64,000 nucleotides of DNA, taken from the NCBI RefSeq assembly GCF_009914755.1, contig NC_060926.1. One strand, written 5' to 3'. This stretch comes from the human T2T-CHM13v2.0 reference genome, Homo sapiens. A model generated the notes under the pieces. It saw only the letters and a list, made by a program, of their open reading frames with translations, ran no database searches and had not been told where the DNA came from. Both the position numbers and the translations under genes were made by a program. Shown one piece after another: positions 46,190-59,562 of the stretch; the first letter of the stretch is position 1, and the number at the start of each line of letters is the position of its first letter.

Positions 46190-46353
46190 CCTTACTACAT
46201 AATGTATCATCCTTGGACTAGAAACATCAACATCACCTGTGAGTTTGTTAGAAATGCAGAATCTCAGGCCTCAGCCCAGACCTAGTCAAAGTCCACATTT
46301 TAATATAACCACCAGGCAACTCATATGTACATCAGTGTTGGAAAAATGCTGCT
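46190..46353 (+). mobile_element. MER5A (hAT-Charlie)
   Basis: catcaacatcacctgtgagtttgttagaaatgcagaatctcaggcctcagcccagacct. Confidence 0.8.
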
Positions 46354-46359
46354 AGAGAA

Positions 46360-48835
46360 GATAATATATTTGTTAAATTGTCTGACAAATACTTTAACAT
46401 AAATATCACTACATTTCTCTGAGAGATGAAGGAAATAAGTTTCACTTAAGAAAGAGCAAGTAATTAAGAAACAAAAAGAGGCAAACATGATATAGTTGCT
46501 GGTGGATAAAAAGAACCAGCTCAGAGTCTTGAAAGTCAGAATTACAGTCTCTGGGGGGAAAATCAATAGCTTGTATGTACTGTTAATAGATATAAGTGAA
46601 AAACATTAGTGAAATTCATGAATTAAATACTGTTATAGGGTATTTATACGAACATGGTCTGAGAGAGAAAGAGAGACAGAGAAGTTGAAATACGTAGACT
46701 GAAAAACTCAAAACTCCAATTTATACCTAAAGTTCTAAACGAGACTGAAAGGAATAGTAAGAGTATTATGTTTTGAAGTTATAATTTTTTAGAATCGAAA
46801 AAATATATATAAGACTTCACATTGGGAATATATCCTGAGTACTAAGTAGAATAAATAAAATGAATCCACATTTAGAAACATTGCAGTTAATCTTCAGAAC
46901 ATCAATGATAATGAGCAAATCTTAAAAACAATGAAGAAAAGAGAGATGACCTAAATAGAAATAATAGCCTATAACATGTGAGTCATCAGCAATAGACACA
47001 AAAGGGTAATAGCTTCCACATGCTAAGGTAACACAACTGATGCCAGTTGGAGAGGATTTCATTATTGTCTTCATTTTTCATTCTTTCCTCTAACCATGCC
47101 CTGGGCCATGTACCTTTGCAGTTTGTCTCAGTAAACAGATGGAGTATATTTCCTTGGTCCTTGACTTTGGGTACAGCCATGTAACTTCATTTGGCCAAAA
47201 GGCTGAACTGGAAGTGACAGCATGCCACTGCGAAGCCTGGGTTTTAAGAGGACTTGCTTGCTCTTATGTGTTCCTCTCATATTCATGGGATAAACATGTC
47301 CAAGCTCTCCTACTGGTCACACAAGGAAGATGAGGGACATAGGAAATACATGAAGTAGAATAGCCCCAACTAAGCCACCTGACCCTCAGATGCATGAGCT
47401 AAATAATTGGTTACTGTTGAGACTGTGAGTGTATGTTACACTGTAACAGCAAACCTATATGCCCATTCAATTATATAATTGAAGAATATGCACAAAATAA
47501 TGACATTTTGCACGGAAAATAGTTTCTCAATCATAGACCCTTACCAAAAGTACTATTGAAGTAGTGGGATGGAAAAAAAAGATTTAAAAAGGTAAAAGAA
47601 AGTGAAACTAAAGGGGGAAGCATGAAATACAAGAAACACTGAACATGGAGCTTTATAAAATATTGGTAAATTTAGCACTGACTATGTGTATCTTTAAAGG
47701 TAAAATTAAATTCTGAAATATTACAATAAGATTGGACTGTTGGGTGTCCAGTTGTTAAAGTATGATGAAGTCTGTGTCACACTAAGAAGGAGAATAGACA
47801 TACTGAATAATTTCAATTTTCTTGAGAATAATTAAAATTAGTATGTAGGCTAAAATTTAAGAATAAAAGGAAATGCCATGTAGTGCTTCCAAATAAACAA
47901 ATGAGCAGAGGATTTTGAAAATTTAATTGAACAAAAGATGTAAAAGAAGAAAATCAAATCAAAAGTAAAGAATCAAAGAAAAAATCATATGATAGAGATG
48001 AGTCTAAAAACTTGTAATAACCTCAAACTATTAAAAATCAGATCATTGTACAACTGCCAATTAACATATTCAACTTTCACTAGCTAACAGGAACATGCAT
48101 ATAAATCCACAGAGATAATAGCATAACAAAACAAAAATGACTATAATAAAAGCACACTCATCACAAGCAGAATATTTAAGCCGAATGATATCAAGTATTG
48201 ATAAAGATTTGGAGAAATGTAGACACCTTATACACCGCTTGTGAGAATGTTGAGTCAGCCAGTTTTGAGACCAATTGAAATTATCTAGTAACATTGGTGA
48301 TTGAGCAATTCCACGTCTCAGACTATACCAAAGAGAAATTGTAGCGCATTTGTACAAGGGAACATTTAAAGCATGTTTGTTACAGCATTGTTAATAAAAG
48401 TAAAATTTGTAAGTAACTTAAATATACATCAGTGGTAAAATAGGTAAGCATTTTTTCTTTTATTCATGTGATTGACTACTATTCTGAAGTTGAAATAAAT
48501 GGGTCAGGTATTCATTTGATCAAAGCTCAAAAAAAGTAATGTTATAAAAAAAGCAAATTGCAGAATAAAATACACGCACAATGAATACAGCTACATAATA
48601 TTTGAAAAGATGAAAGACAACACTTTATATTGTTTATTATACATATGTGTGTATATATATGAATGTGTGTGTATATATGCATAATAAACAACAAATTCAA
48701 GAAAAAGGTTTTCTCTGTGAAAGGAGGGGAATGAGTTTGGGGAGGTGGTCATAAGGAGCTTTATTTGTAAATGCAGCATTTTACTTTCATAATATTTCAT
48801 ATTTTAGTGTTTGACCATTTCACAATTTTTAAAAA
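46360..48835 (+). mobile_element. Ancient L1ME/HAL1-like element (ORF1-like part then L1 3' region), interrupted by MLT1
   Basis: A-rich ORF1-like tract (aatccacatttagaaacattgcagttaatcttcagaacatcaatgataa) and 3' region (gagcaattccacgtctcagactataccaaagagaaat); heavily degraded. Confidence 0.5.
47040..47460 (+). mobile_element. MLT1 MaLR LTR
   Basis: ccttgactttgggtacagccatgtaacttcatttggccaa...gaagtgacagcatgcca...aaataattggttactgtt...tgttacactgtaacagcaaac. Confidence 0.75.
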
Positions 48836-49095
48836 TAGTAACAAGAGCTGAGGGAAGTCAAAATGACCATGATTCTTGTATTAACTTACTCGTTACTGCC
48901 AAAAGTCTAATACTGATTTTAAATAAGAAATGTATTTAAATGTCTCATATTTATTAGAAACATTTATATTTTTAGCATTTAGTGCCCAGAAGACCATATA
49001 TCAGGCACGGGAAATACAATGAACAAGAAAGACACGATTATTACCTCTGTAAAGCACTGTCTAGCAATATTTGAATGAAAACACATCCTTTAAAG

Positions 49096-49421
49096 CAGTG
49101 GTCCCCCACCTTTTTGACATCAGGGACCAGCTTCGTGCAAGACAATTTTTCCATGAACTGGGCAGGGGAGGCGAGTGAATGGTTTTGGGATGAAACAGTT
49201 CCTTGGCTCATCAGGCCTTAGTTAGATTTTTGTAAGGAGCCACAACCTAGATCCCTTCACAATAGGGTTCACGCTTCTATGAGATTCTAATGCTGCTGCT
49301 GCTCTGACAGCAGGCAGAGCTTAGGCGGTAATGCTCACTCACTAGCCACTCATGTCTTGCTGTGTGGCTTGGTTCCTAATAGGCCAGGGACCGGTACTGG
49401 TCTGCAGCTTGGGGACCCCTG
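49096..49421 (-). mobile_element. MER1B
   Basis: cagtggtccccc...ttggggacccctg; 8-bp TSD ctttaaag/ctttaaaa. Confidence 0.9.
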
Positions 49422-49574
49422 CTTTAAAACAGTTATTTAGAACATTTTGGGCACTACTAATCTTTTGCAAAGTCATTTATTCATGCAACAGTTATTATTA
49501 TATCCTATCATGGGTCCTTGTTTCTTGAGATACAGGTGTGAACAGCAACAATAATGATATTCATTGTAATAATG

Positions 49575-49710
49575 ATAATGGTAATAATACCTAACATTTC
49601 ATAAGTGCTCACTATGTGGGAAGCACTATTTAAGCCATTTACATGTGTTTGTTTATTTCTGACAATACCTACAAAAAGAAAATACTGTTATTATTATTCC
49701 AGAATAGATG
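49575..49710 (-). mobile_element. MIR
   Basis: ataatacctaacatttcataagtgctcactatgtg...gcactattttaagcca. Confidence 0.6.
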
Positions 49711-51369
49711 TTCAATCTCATTTTTATTTCTGATAGCCAGCTTCACATATCTAAAGTTGTCTGAAACAGATTCTTCTGAAGTGTGTGTGTGGGGGTGGGA
49801 GAAATCCTTCGACCACCTCCACATACTCTGCCTTTATTTACTCTGAAGTGTGGTGGGGTTTTTTTTCCAATTTTTAAATGGAAACATTGTAATTATACAT
49901 ATTTATGGAATACAATTTGATGTCTTGATACATGTATATGTTGAATGTAATCAAATCAGAGTGGTTAGCATCTACATCACCTCATGCATTTTTCATTTTT
50001 TGTGCTGAGAACATTAAAAAACTTCTTTTCTAGCTATTTTGTAACATACCTTACTGTTAACTATCATCACCCTACTGTGCAATAGAAACTAGAACTTATT
50101 CCTCCTATCTAACTGTAATTTTATATCTATTGACCAACTTCTCTCCATCTTTCCCTCCCCTTCTCCCTACCTAGTCTCTGATAATCACTGTTTACTTCTA
50201 TGATATCAACTATTTTTTTCTTTAGATTCCACATATGAGTGAAATAATATACTATTTGTCTTTCTGTGTCTGGTTTATTTAACTTCAAATGATGTTCTAC
50301 AGCTTCATCTATGTTCTCACAAATGACAGGATTTTTTTATGGCTGAATGATATTTCTTTGTATACATATACCACATTTACTTTATCCATTCATCTGTTGA
50401 TGGACACTTAGGTTGATTCCATTTCTTGGCTATTGTAAATAGTGCTACAGTAAACATGGGAGTGAAGATATCTTTTCAACATACTGATTTCATATCCTTT
50501 GGATATAACCCAGTAGTGAGATTCTGGATCATATGGTTGTTCTATTTTTAATTTTTTTTAGGAATCTGTTTTGTGAAAACTCTGTTTTCCATAATGACTG
50601 TGCTAACTGACCATCCCACCAACAGTGTGTAAGTGTTCTCTTTTCTCCAACCTAGCCAACACTTGTTTTCTCTTCTCTTTTTGATAATAGACCTTTCCTA
50701 CTGGAATGAGTTGGTCTCACTGTGGTTTTGAACTGCATTTTTCTCTGATAGGGATGTTGAACATGTTTATGTCTTCTTTTGAGAAACGTCTACTAAAGTC
50801 TTTGAACATTTTTAAATCAGGTTTTTTTTTTTTTCAATTAAGTTCCTTACATATTCTGGATTTTAGTCTTTTGCCAAATGTATAGTTTCCAAATACTTTC
50901 TCCCATTGTGTAGGCTGCCACTGCACTCTATTGTTTCCTTTGCTGTGCAAAAACTTTTTAGTTTGATGTAATCCCATTTGTTATTTTTGCTTCTGTTGCT
51001 TGTGTTTTTAAGGTCCTATTTTAAGAATCCTTGCCCAGACCAGTATCATAAAGCATTTATCCTAAGTTTTCTTCCAGTAGCTTCATAGCCGTGGGTTTTA
51101 CATTTAAGTCTTTAATCCATTTTGAGCTGATTTTTTAAATATGGTGAGAGGTAGGGGTCTAGTCATATTTTTGTGTATGTAGCTATCCAGTTTTCTCAGG
51201 ACATGTATTGAAAAGACTGTCTCTTCCCCAGTGTGTGTTAATGGCACTTTTGTTGGAAATAGGTTGGCTAGACCTGCATGAATTTAATTTTCAGCTATTT
51301 TATTCCATTTGTCTATGCATTTGTTTTTAATGGCAAAACTACGCTGTTTTGGTTAGTATAGGTTTATAG

Positions 51370-51708
<339 letters not shown>

Positions 51709-51955
51709 TTTGTTCTTTTTGCTCATGATTGCTTTGGCCACTCAGGGTCTTTCATGGTTTCATATGAATTTTAGGATTTTTTTTCTATTTTTTTATTTTA
51801 TGTATTGAATTCTGCAGCTCCCAAATTTCTGTTGGGTTCTTTTTTATGATACATATCTTTTTGTCGAATTTCTGATTCAAATAATGGACTGTTTTCTGAT
51901 TTCACTGTATTCTTTTGTATATTACTGAGTCTCCTTAAGATCATCATTTTTAAAA

Positions 51956-52243
51956 GGCCAGGCATGGTGGCTCACACCTGTAATTCCAGCACTTTAGGAA
52001 GCCCAGGCAGGTGGATCATTTGAGGCCAGAAGTTCAAGACCAGTCTGGCAAACATGGTGAAACCCTGTCTCTACTAAAAATGCCAAAAATTAGCCTGGTG
52101 TGGTGGCACCTACCTGTAATCCCAGCTACTCAGGTGGCTTGGGAGTCTGAGGCATGAGAATCGCTTGAACCTCAGAGGTTGTAGTGAGCCAAGATCGCAC
52201 CACTGACTCCAGCCTGGGTGACACAGGGAGACTCTGTATAAAA

Positions 52244-52294
<51 letters not shown>

Positions 52295-52298
52295 AAAA
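51956..52298 (+). mobile_element. AluS (Sz/Sx-like) with (AAAT)n tail followed by (TA)n
   Basis: ggccaggcatggtggctcacacc...'gaggccag', 'ggcatgagaatcgc'; perfect (AAAT)n at 52241-52293. Confidence 0.93.
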
Positions 52299-52499
52299 TA
52301 TATATATATATATCCTCTCAGAAATTTTGTAAGTACGGTTTTCTTTGAGGTCTGTTTCTTGAGAATTATTGTATTTTCTGTGACTGTCAAATGTCCTTGC
52401 TTTTCATGTGTCTTGTATCCCTTCATCGATATATGTGCTTCTAGTGGAACGGTTGCATTTTCCTATTTTATAGAGTAGCTTTTGTAAGGAGAAACTGTT

Positions 52500-53470
52500 T
52501 CCTGTAGACGGGTCCTAGGCTGTTGGTTGGGCACGGTACTGACTTTGGTTCTGAATGGACAGCAGCTTGGTCACTGGACAGTCTCTTCAGCTGTAATACC
52601 CGTCAGTGATGTGTGCAATTGCCTAGCGGCCTGGGCTAGGGAACTATGCAACCAAGATAGCGCGGTTTGCTGGGGGGTGGGCACAAAGCAGGTTGCTGTC
52701 AGGCGGCGTGTGAGTGGGCATGGTGGGCCCATGGGCTGTGCGGTGGGCTTTCGGGGAGTGGGGTTCCTGCCAGTTTAGTTGTTGAGCCAGGTGTGGGCAG
52801 GGCTTCCGGCTGGCTGTTTGGCAGCTTTCCCCTTGTACAGGTCCACTTGCTCCCTGGGGATGAGAAGCACCACGGGGGTTCAAATACCGGAATCCCACGT
52901 TCTGATGGTTATATGCTCCAGGCAGCCAGGGACGTGGGTCTGCAGAATGTGGCTGAACAACGGCAGGGCCTCAGGATAGGGACAGGCTATGGCTGCCCGC
53001 CCCCATCGCAGGGGCGCAGTCAATGGGGCCAGTTTCAAAATGGCGCCAAGGCGAAGTGGCCTCAGTCGCGGGGGTGCGGGGACCACAACACGGGCTGCTG
53101 CTCTAGGGCAGTGCAGCTGCGTGAACTCCGGACACCCTTCACAGTCGATTCAGGCCCTGTGAGGACCCAAGGACTCTCTTAAACAAGAAAGGCTGGTGCC
53201 TGTGGTGGTAATGGGGACCGCTAGGACCTCCAGTTTATCTTTCCTCCAAAAGGTGACCCCCTGGCTCCGAGTCGACCCAGCGGATGCCTGGCTTTCTCTC
53301 TGTGGTACTGTTCTGGGCTTCTATGCTCCTCAGGGATTTTGCCATTCCCCTGGTTCTCTCCCGCTTACTTCCCCAGTCACTCCAGTCAAAATATACTGGT
53401 TTATTTGTTGTTTGGGTCGCTTTTTTGTCGGGGGGAGGAGTGCTAGGAACTCTAGTTGGCCATCTTGCTG
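52500..53470. promoter_or_regulatory. CpG-enriched L1M 5' UTR with YY1 and GC-box motifs (candidate promoter/enhancer)
   Basis: About 35 CpG in 960 bp by hand count; caaaatggcgcc at 53036-53047; gcccgccccc at 52995-53004; gccatcttg at 53458-53467. Confidence 0.45.

Positions 53471-53473
<3 letters not shown>

Positions 53474-53500
<27 letters not shown>
53474..53500. repeat. (TG)n microsatellite
   Basis: Direct read. Confidence 0.95.
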
Positions 53501-53506
<6 letters not shown>

Positions 53507-53774
53507 TCATTCTAGCAGATCTTTCTTTTTGTACTGAGCAGCAAGATCAAAGGAGCTCAGAACGTATTCGTACTTAAATACATCTTTTTTTTTTCCATAT
53601 GTGCACCAGAGGCCTGTGGAAATATTATTTCAGTTGATTTCAATTATACCCTGAAGCTAAGGGTAGGGCATGGTACCACACAGTACAGTACCTTTAGAGT
53701 ACAATGCAGAACTGCCATATTATTGCAGCTAGAAAAGTTTTCTTCTTTCAAAATATGGCTATAAAGTCATCTTA

Positions 53775-55025
53775 GGGAGATAAGTAGATTTTATTGTTTC
53801 ATATAACAAGATAGTAAAATGTAAACAATAGTTGTCTTTATTTTGATGGAGGCCTAAGAATAGGTGGTATCCATACCTCCATTTCAAAACAAAATGCTAG
53901 ATCCCTAAGCAAGACCTCCCAAGGAGAGGTTCTGAGCAAGCATTGCTGCTGTCAACTGAACCTCTGCTTCCAGGCTTTAAAAGGTATTAGGTAAATTGGA
54001 AGAATAAGGTTGTAAATTGGAGAAAAGTTTCTTTAAAGAGAGTTGTGTGTATTCCTCTTAACCCTTTCATCATAGTGGAAGAGAGGGGAGTCACCCTTTC
54101 AGCTTAAGCTAAGTGAGAGGGGTTTCAAGACCACTCTTCAAAAAGATTAACTAGTCTTTCATTCAGAATCTACTCCTGAAAAATTTTATAAAGGTGAGAG
54201 ACTGAGTTGGCTAGTTTCTCTAATGGTAGAGCAAGGAGCCGTAGCAGCTTTCATGGGACTATCTGAAATAAATGGATGAGTTAGTGTTTTCCACGGGTGC
54301 AGGTGGGCATCAAATGGGAGAGAGACAGTTTGGATACAATTCAAAAAGACTCTTCCCAGTGTGGCACTGGGTGAGACCCGGAGAGACAGAGTTTGTGTAG
54401 AATAGACCATAAGAAACTGGGAACTGGTAAGGGGATAGTAAGCTGGACAAATTTTTTTTTTTTTGCCTGAATTAAAGGAATGAAATATAATAGTTCAGAA
54501 GTCTCCAGAACTGAAGGATCCCCCAAAGAATTTGTGAATATACCACAAAAAAAAAAGGAAATGACTCAAATTTAAAACATCTGCCCTCCCAGATGAAACC
54601 GATGCCAAATTATCTAGTTTCTAATCATGAGTGATCTTTGCTGTCCTTTACCACTCCCCCTTCCCTCCACTTTCAATACTGAAGGGGCCAGAGCTATTCA
54701 CTGTGGAAGAGGAAGAAGCTCTATGAGGCTTCTTCCCTCAATCAGGCCTGGGGAGAAGATTTAATTGAAAATGAACTTCAAAGTGTTGACTGTTGAAAGC
54801 ACAGGACATTTTCATTTCTGAGCTAAGGCTATTTTTTGTGGTTTAAAGATGTTTATGATATGAAAGTGATCATAAAATCATGAGATCACTGCTAGCTTTC
54901 ACCCAGGAACAGGGAGGAACAAGCCCGTAGAGAAAGCTTGAGTAAGCAGTGGTCAGGGATTGGCAATGGAGGAGATAAAAAAATACATGTTTCCTTATCT
55001 ACTTTTGAGTCTTGCTTGTTCAGTC
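53775..55025 (+). mobile_element. Ancient long LTR, LTR78-like
   Basis: tttcagcttaagctaag, cccaaagaatttgtgaat, ggacattttcatttctgagct, and a 3' end tgagtcttgcttgttca. Confidence 0.5.
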
Positions 55026-57474
55026 AACTGACTGCTTAATATCTTTGACAGGGTAGTTTGAAAGGAGAGGTGAGCAAAGTTTCAGGAGTAGTGCAGATCT
55101 CTGGTGTCATCTATAGAGAGGAAGCAGCTCTGCAGAGGATAGTGGGAGAAAGCCTGAGGAATTTTTTAAGAACAGAGGTGTCTACGATTCAGTTTTAAGT
55201 CATGCCTGGTATTATACTATGCTATAAACCCCTCTATATACCCAGACACTGAGTAAAACTCTAGTCCTTCTACAGCCTCTTTTTCCTAACTGATGGGGGA
55301 ATTACAGTCTGTGATACACATACCTTTGGATGAGCACCAAGTGGGGAGAGAGATCAGCTGCAGGTAAGATCAAGCAACATCTCAAATACAGCAGAAGCAA
55401 GAAGCAGGAGAAAAAGTTTACCATCAAAACTAAAGACTCAGAAAATCCCTGATCTTTAAAATTATTTTATTAATGGGTACCAGGTTTCCAGCATGCCTAG
55501 GATGAACTTATTTGTATTTAAAAACTAAAGAAGAACTGGACTCAGAATTCTGGAAAATTTAGGCATACCCAAGTGATTGTCACCTCTCTTAAAAAGATAG
55601 AAAATATTTTAGAACAATTATTAGTGAAGAAATAGGAGCAGATTTTAAGTCACTTCCTAAACAAAATAGAGTTTAATTCATGGTTGGCACATATGCCCAC
55701 TTGATACTTATATTATTTAACATGTATTTGATCAGCCAGAAAGCAAATCAAACTGAAATTATTGAGTGATAAGGTACTTACTTATTTTTTCTTATGCTTT
55801 CAATAGTGTTTTGGCTGCTGTGTACTCTTCATGAGATTCAGAGATGCTAAGTAAAGCTAGTTTTCAAGTGTCACTGTTGGCAAGTGAGAGAGTCTTTTTA
55901 TAGAAAAATCTGCTGAGCATTGACACTTAGACTGAAGTGTGTGTCCACATATTTGCTATAATGTGAATATGTCTTTGTTCATTCTGACTCACAGATCTTT
56001 CCATCAACAAAAGTGCTTTACAGATGAGCAATTCAAGATTGCAAACCCAAAGGTGCTATGTAAAACATCTTTTCCCAAGGACCACTGATCATCTTACCTG
56101 GAGAAACCAGTAAATCAGATGTTGCTATTTAGTTTCCAAATGTCCACAAAATGTTTATGCATTGTCATTGTCATTCTCATTCTCTGAGAACAATGTTTGC
56201 TGGAGACTGGAGATAGCACAAAATGCATCCAGAGTTTGCTCCATATGTCACTAACTCTTAGGAGAATCATCTCTTTTTTTGATCTAGTATGAGTATAAAT
56301 TATGAGAAAGCTTAATTTCTTTTTGAGGATTTTATGAAACTCTACATTGTGAGCTGACCTTGGCCACTACGTTATTGATGATGATGTTTGTTAATATATT
56401 TTTTAAACCATAACTTCTCCACTCAGGTTCTCATATGGTACTGTCTTCCATTTTTAATAATAAAAGTAATTTCAAAATAGAAGTATTTGACACATTTCAA
56501 TGCCTCAGAATTTATGACTATGTCCAGGTAGTCACACGATGGCAACATTTTTAATGATTTTTCTATAATTGATCAGACCAAAATGATATTCATGAACAAA
56601 CATAGTTTTACATTCTGTCCATGACATTAAGTTCCAAATCTTAAAGGATTCAAGAGGTTGGCAAATTGTTAAAATAGTGACTACTCTAGCTAGAAGGCAA
56701 CTTCCAGAAATATTTTTGTAAATATCAGAAAGTCTCTCAAACAACTGTAGGTTCAGTATTTTGGCTTGGGTATCTAATCCCCAAGCAACATAGGCCATCA
56801 AGGAAACAGCCTGCATTTTCAGACATCATAGTAAGGAAGAAGTTATACCTGTGGCCAAGTACTCACTTTCTTGCATTGCATGTCAAAAACTACCTCTCTT
56901 CAATTTAAAGGTGCCCTAGCCTAATTCAGCAGGTCTAAGGTCCTAATTTCTAATTTGCTAAGTAATTTATCACATATTACCTACACCCTCGCAAGTCAGA
57001 TCAAGTGCTACACCAAATCATGACAATGAATTTAGACGTGGGAAACTTTGTGATTAATTCAGTGGGAGGATGTGTTGCTAAATATTGGAAATGTATCTTT
57101 AATTGGAAACATTAGGTATATACTCAATTATATAATCATTTACATAATATTGGTTTAAAAATTATGTAAACAGAAACAGGGCAAAGCCTAACATGTCTTT
57201 CCTAAAAAAAATTGAAATTAAATTAAATGCTACTTAGAATTTAGATTCAATTAAGACATCTCGTGGGTTATACATAGAGGTAGTTGGGAGCTCTTGGGAA
57301 TTTTGCACAAATCTTTCCAGATAGGAAGATGTTCTGAAATAATAGACACCATGTCTATATTTAAGAAATACAGGAGATTTCCTCTTTATCTTAGCTACAT
57401 AAGAGGACAAAGGCAGACAGAGAGCACATTATATCCCAACTGTTTGCTCAGCAAGAACCACTGGAACTTATAGA

Positions 57475-57665
57475 TCACCACCTTGGAATCAGACAGTGTG
57501 GGTTCATATCCCTGCTCTGCCACTTGTTAATTACTTAGTTTTGATAAGCCTCAGCTTCCTCATCAATAAAATTAGGAAATTATAATACAGTAATAATAAT
57601 TGTAACTGCCCCATAAATGTGGGGATTGATTGATTACCATCCTATTGGTGGTTATTTTTATTATT
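57475..57665 (+). mobile_element. MIR
   Basis: ttggaatcagacagtgtgggttcatatccctgctctgccacttg...gcctcagcttcctcatc. Confidence 0.7.
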
Positions 57666-58044
57666 AAGACAAACAATGATATTTATAGTAAAGATGGTGA
57701 TGATACAAACCCCTAAAGCAAGGTGTTGTACTCATCAAGCAGAAATAAAAATAAATTATGAGATGCGGGAAATTGAATATTGTAATATGTGAGCAAACAA
57801 AGAAGGTAAACTATTAATGAGGATCCCTAACAGTTAAATATGTGTATCTACATCTAATACTGTCTGTCGGGTAAAATACTAAGCACATAGTGCCAGACAG
57901 AAAGTATTTTTTTAAAAGCTATTCATTCATTTCCTTAATTTTCTCTCACATAATTATCTAACTAATAATTTAAGAATGAAGTTATAATAATAGAAACTAA
58001 TCAAATACCAAAGTATAAGTTAATCCCTAAATCTCTTTGAATAA

Positions 58045-58290
58045 GCCGTGTAGTACAGTGACATTAGGACAATCTTTGAAAATAGATTTGAATTCAAATT
58101 TCTATTTTTCCTGTTATTACTTTGCATAAGTTACTTCTGAGTCTCACTATTCTCATTTATAAAAAGGGCAATCTAATACCCGCTTTGTTGAGCTACTATG
58201 AAGATTGGATGAAATAATGTAGGAACACTCTCAATATTGTATCCACTCATGGTAGAAATTCAATAAATGGTAGTAGTAGTTATTATTATC
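58045..58290 (+). mobile_element. MIR
   Basis: gtgtagtacagtg...aagttacttctgagtctcactattctcatttataaaaaggg...tcaataaatggtag. Confidence 0.7.
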
Positions 58291-58439
58291 CCTGCGATTG
58301 ATATTGTTATCATTATTATAATCAATAAATATATTACAGAAAAATTAATTCTATCATTATCAGGGATAAAAGCCTAAGAATTAAAACTGTGTTTATAAAC
58401 TCAGCTTATTTTAGTGGCAGTAAACATTAGTGTATCCTT

Positions 58440-58870
58440 TAAATGAATTTTATTGAACATATCCTGTGTGTCAAGCACATGATGGTAAGCAAAATGAACT
58501 TGGTCCCAGCTCTAATGTTGTTTTAAATATGGTGAGGAGATTAAATACCTGCAAAAAGGCAACAAAAATAAATGGTAATTAGTGCTTCTCTTGAAAAAGT
58601 AGGGGTGAGACAAAACACTTAACCTAGACTTGTGAGGAAAAGCTGAGTTTGGGTATGGCACTGAGAGGCACCCAAGGAAAAGGAAGGATAAGGCTTTTCT
58701 AGAAACAACACTGAAAAGCCTCAGAAGCCACATAGATAGTGATACATTCCAGTAACAGAAAAAAGAAAAGTATGTTGAGATTTGTAGAGTGAAAAAAAAA
58801 TAGTGGTAATAAATGGGGTTAGAGAGATGATTTTAAGCCTTATCATGCTAGGTTTTGTGAATATTAAGAA
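58440..58870 (-). mobile_element. L2 fragment
   Basis: tttattgaacatatcctgtgtgtcaagcac...ttggtcccagctct. Confidence 0.55.
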
Positions 58871-58875
58871 AAAGG

Positions 58876-59272
<397 letters not shown>

Positions 59273-59471
59273 TCAGAGGCACATTTCATAAATTCAGCAT
59301 GCTTACATGAAACCCAAAGTTTGGTAGGTCTTGCCATGTAATGAGGCAGTAACACAGGTCACCAGAACTTGACGCTTTAAAACCTTTCAGATCTACACAA
59401 TTCAATATTTACTTTAAATTTTTTCTCTTAATATCCAGGTGTGCCAATGGCTTTTCTAATAGGTTAATGGT

Positions 59472-59508
59472 GTCTACAGCCATACCACCCTGAACACACC
59501 CCATCTCC
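59472..59508 (+). pseudogene. 5S rRNA 5' fragment (nt 1-37), tailless retrocopy, copy 1
   Basis: gtctacagccataccaccctgaacacaccccatctcc vs 5S GTCTACGGCCATACCACCCTGAACGCGCCCGATCTCG; 32/37 identity, all mismatches at CpG. Confidence 0.92.
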
Positions 59509-59525
59509 TCTAATAGGTTAATGGT

Positions 59526-59562
59526 GTCTACAGCCATACCACCCTGAACACACCCCATCTCC
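59526..59562 (+). pseudogene. 5S rRNA 5' fragment (nt 1-37), copy 2
   Basis: Identical to copy 1; 54-bp period. Confidence 0.92.

Noticed and set aside
53003-53019. CTCF site in the CpG-rich block (catcgcaggggcgcag)
   Set aside because: Spacing is one base short of the core and the alternative alignment has several mismatches.
52527-53577. Cluster of overlapping ORFs including a 171-aa ORF
   Set aside because: Arises from GC-rich L1 5' UTR sequence with few stop codons; no recognisable protein motif.
59472-59562. Functional 5S rRNA gene
   Set aside because: Only nt 1-37 are present; internal promoter boxes and terminator are absent and the CpGs have decayed.
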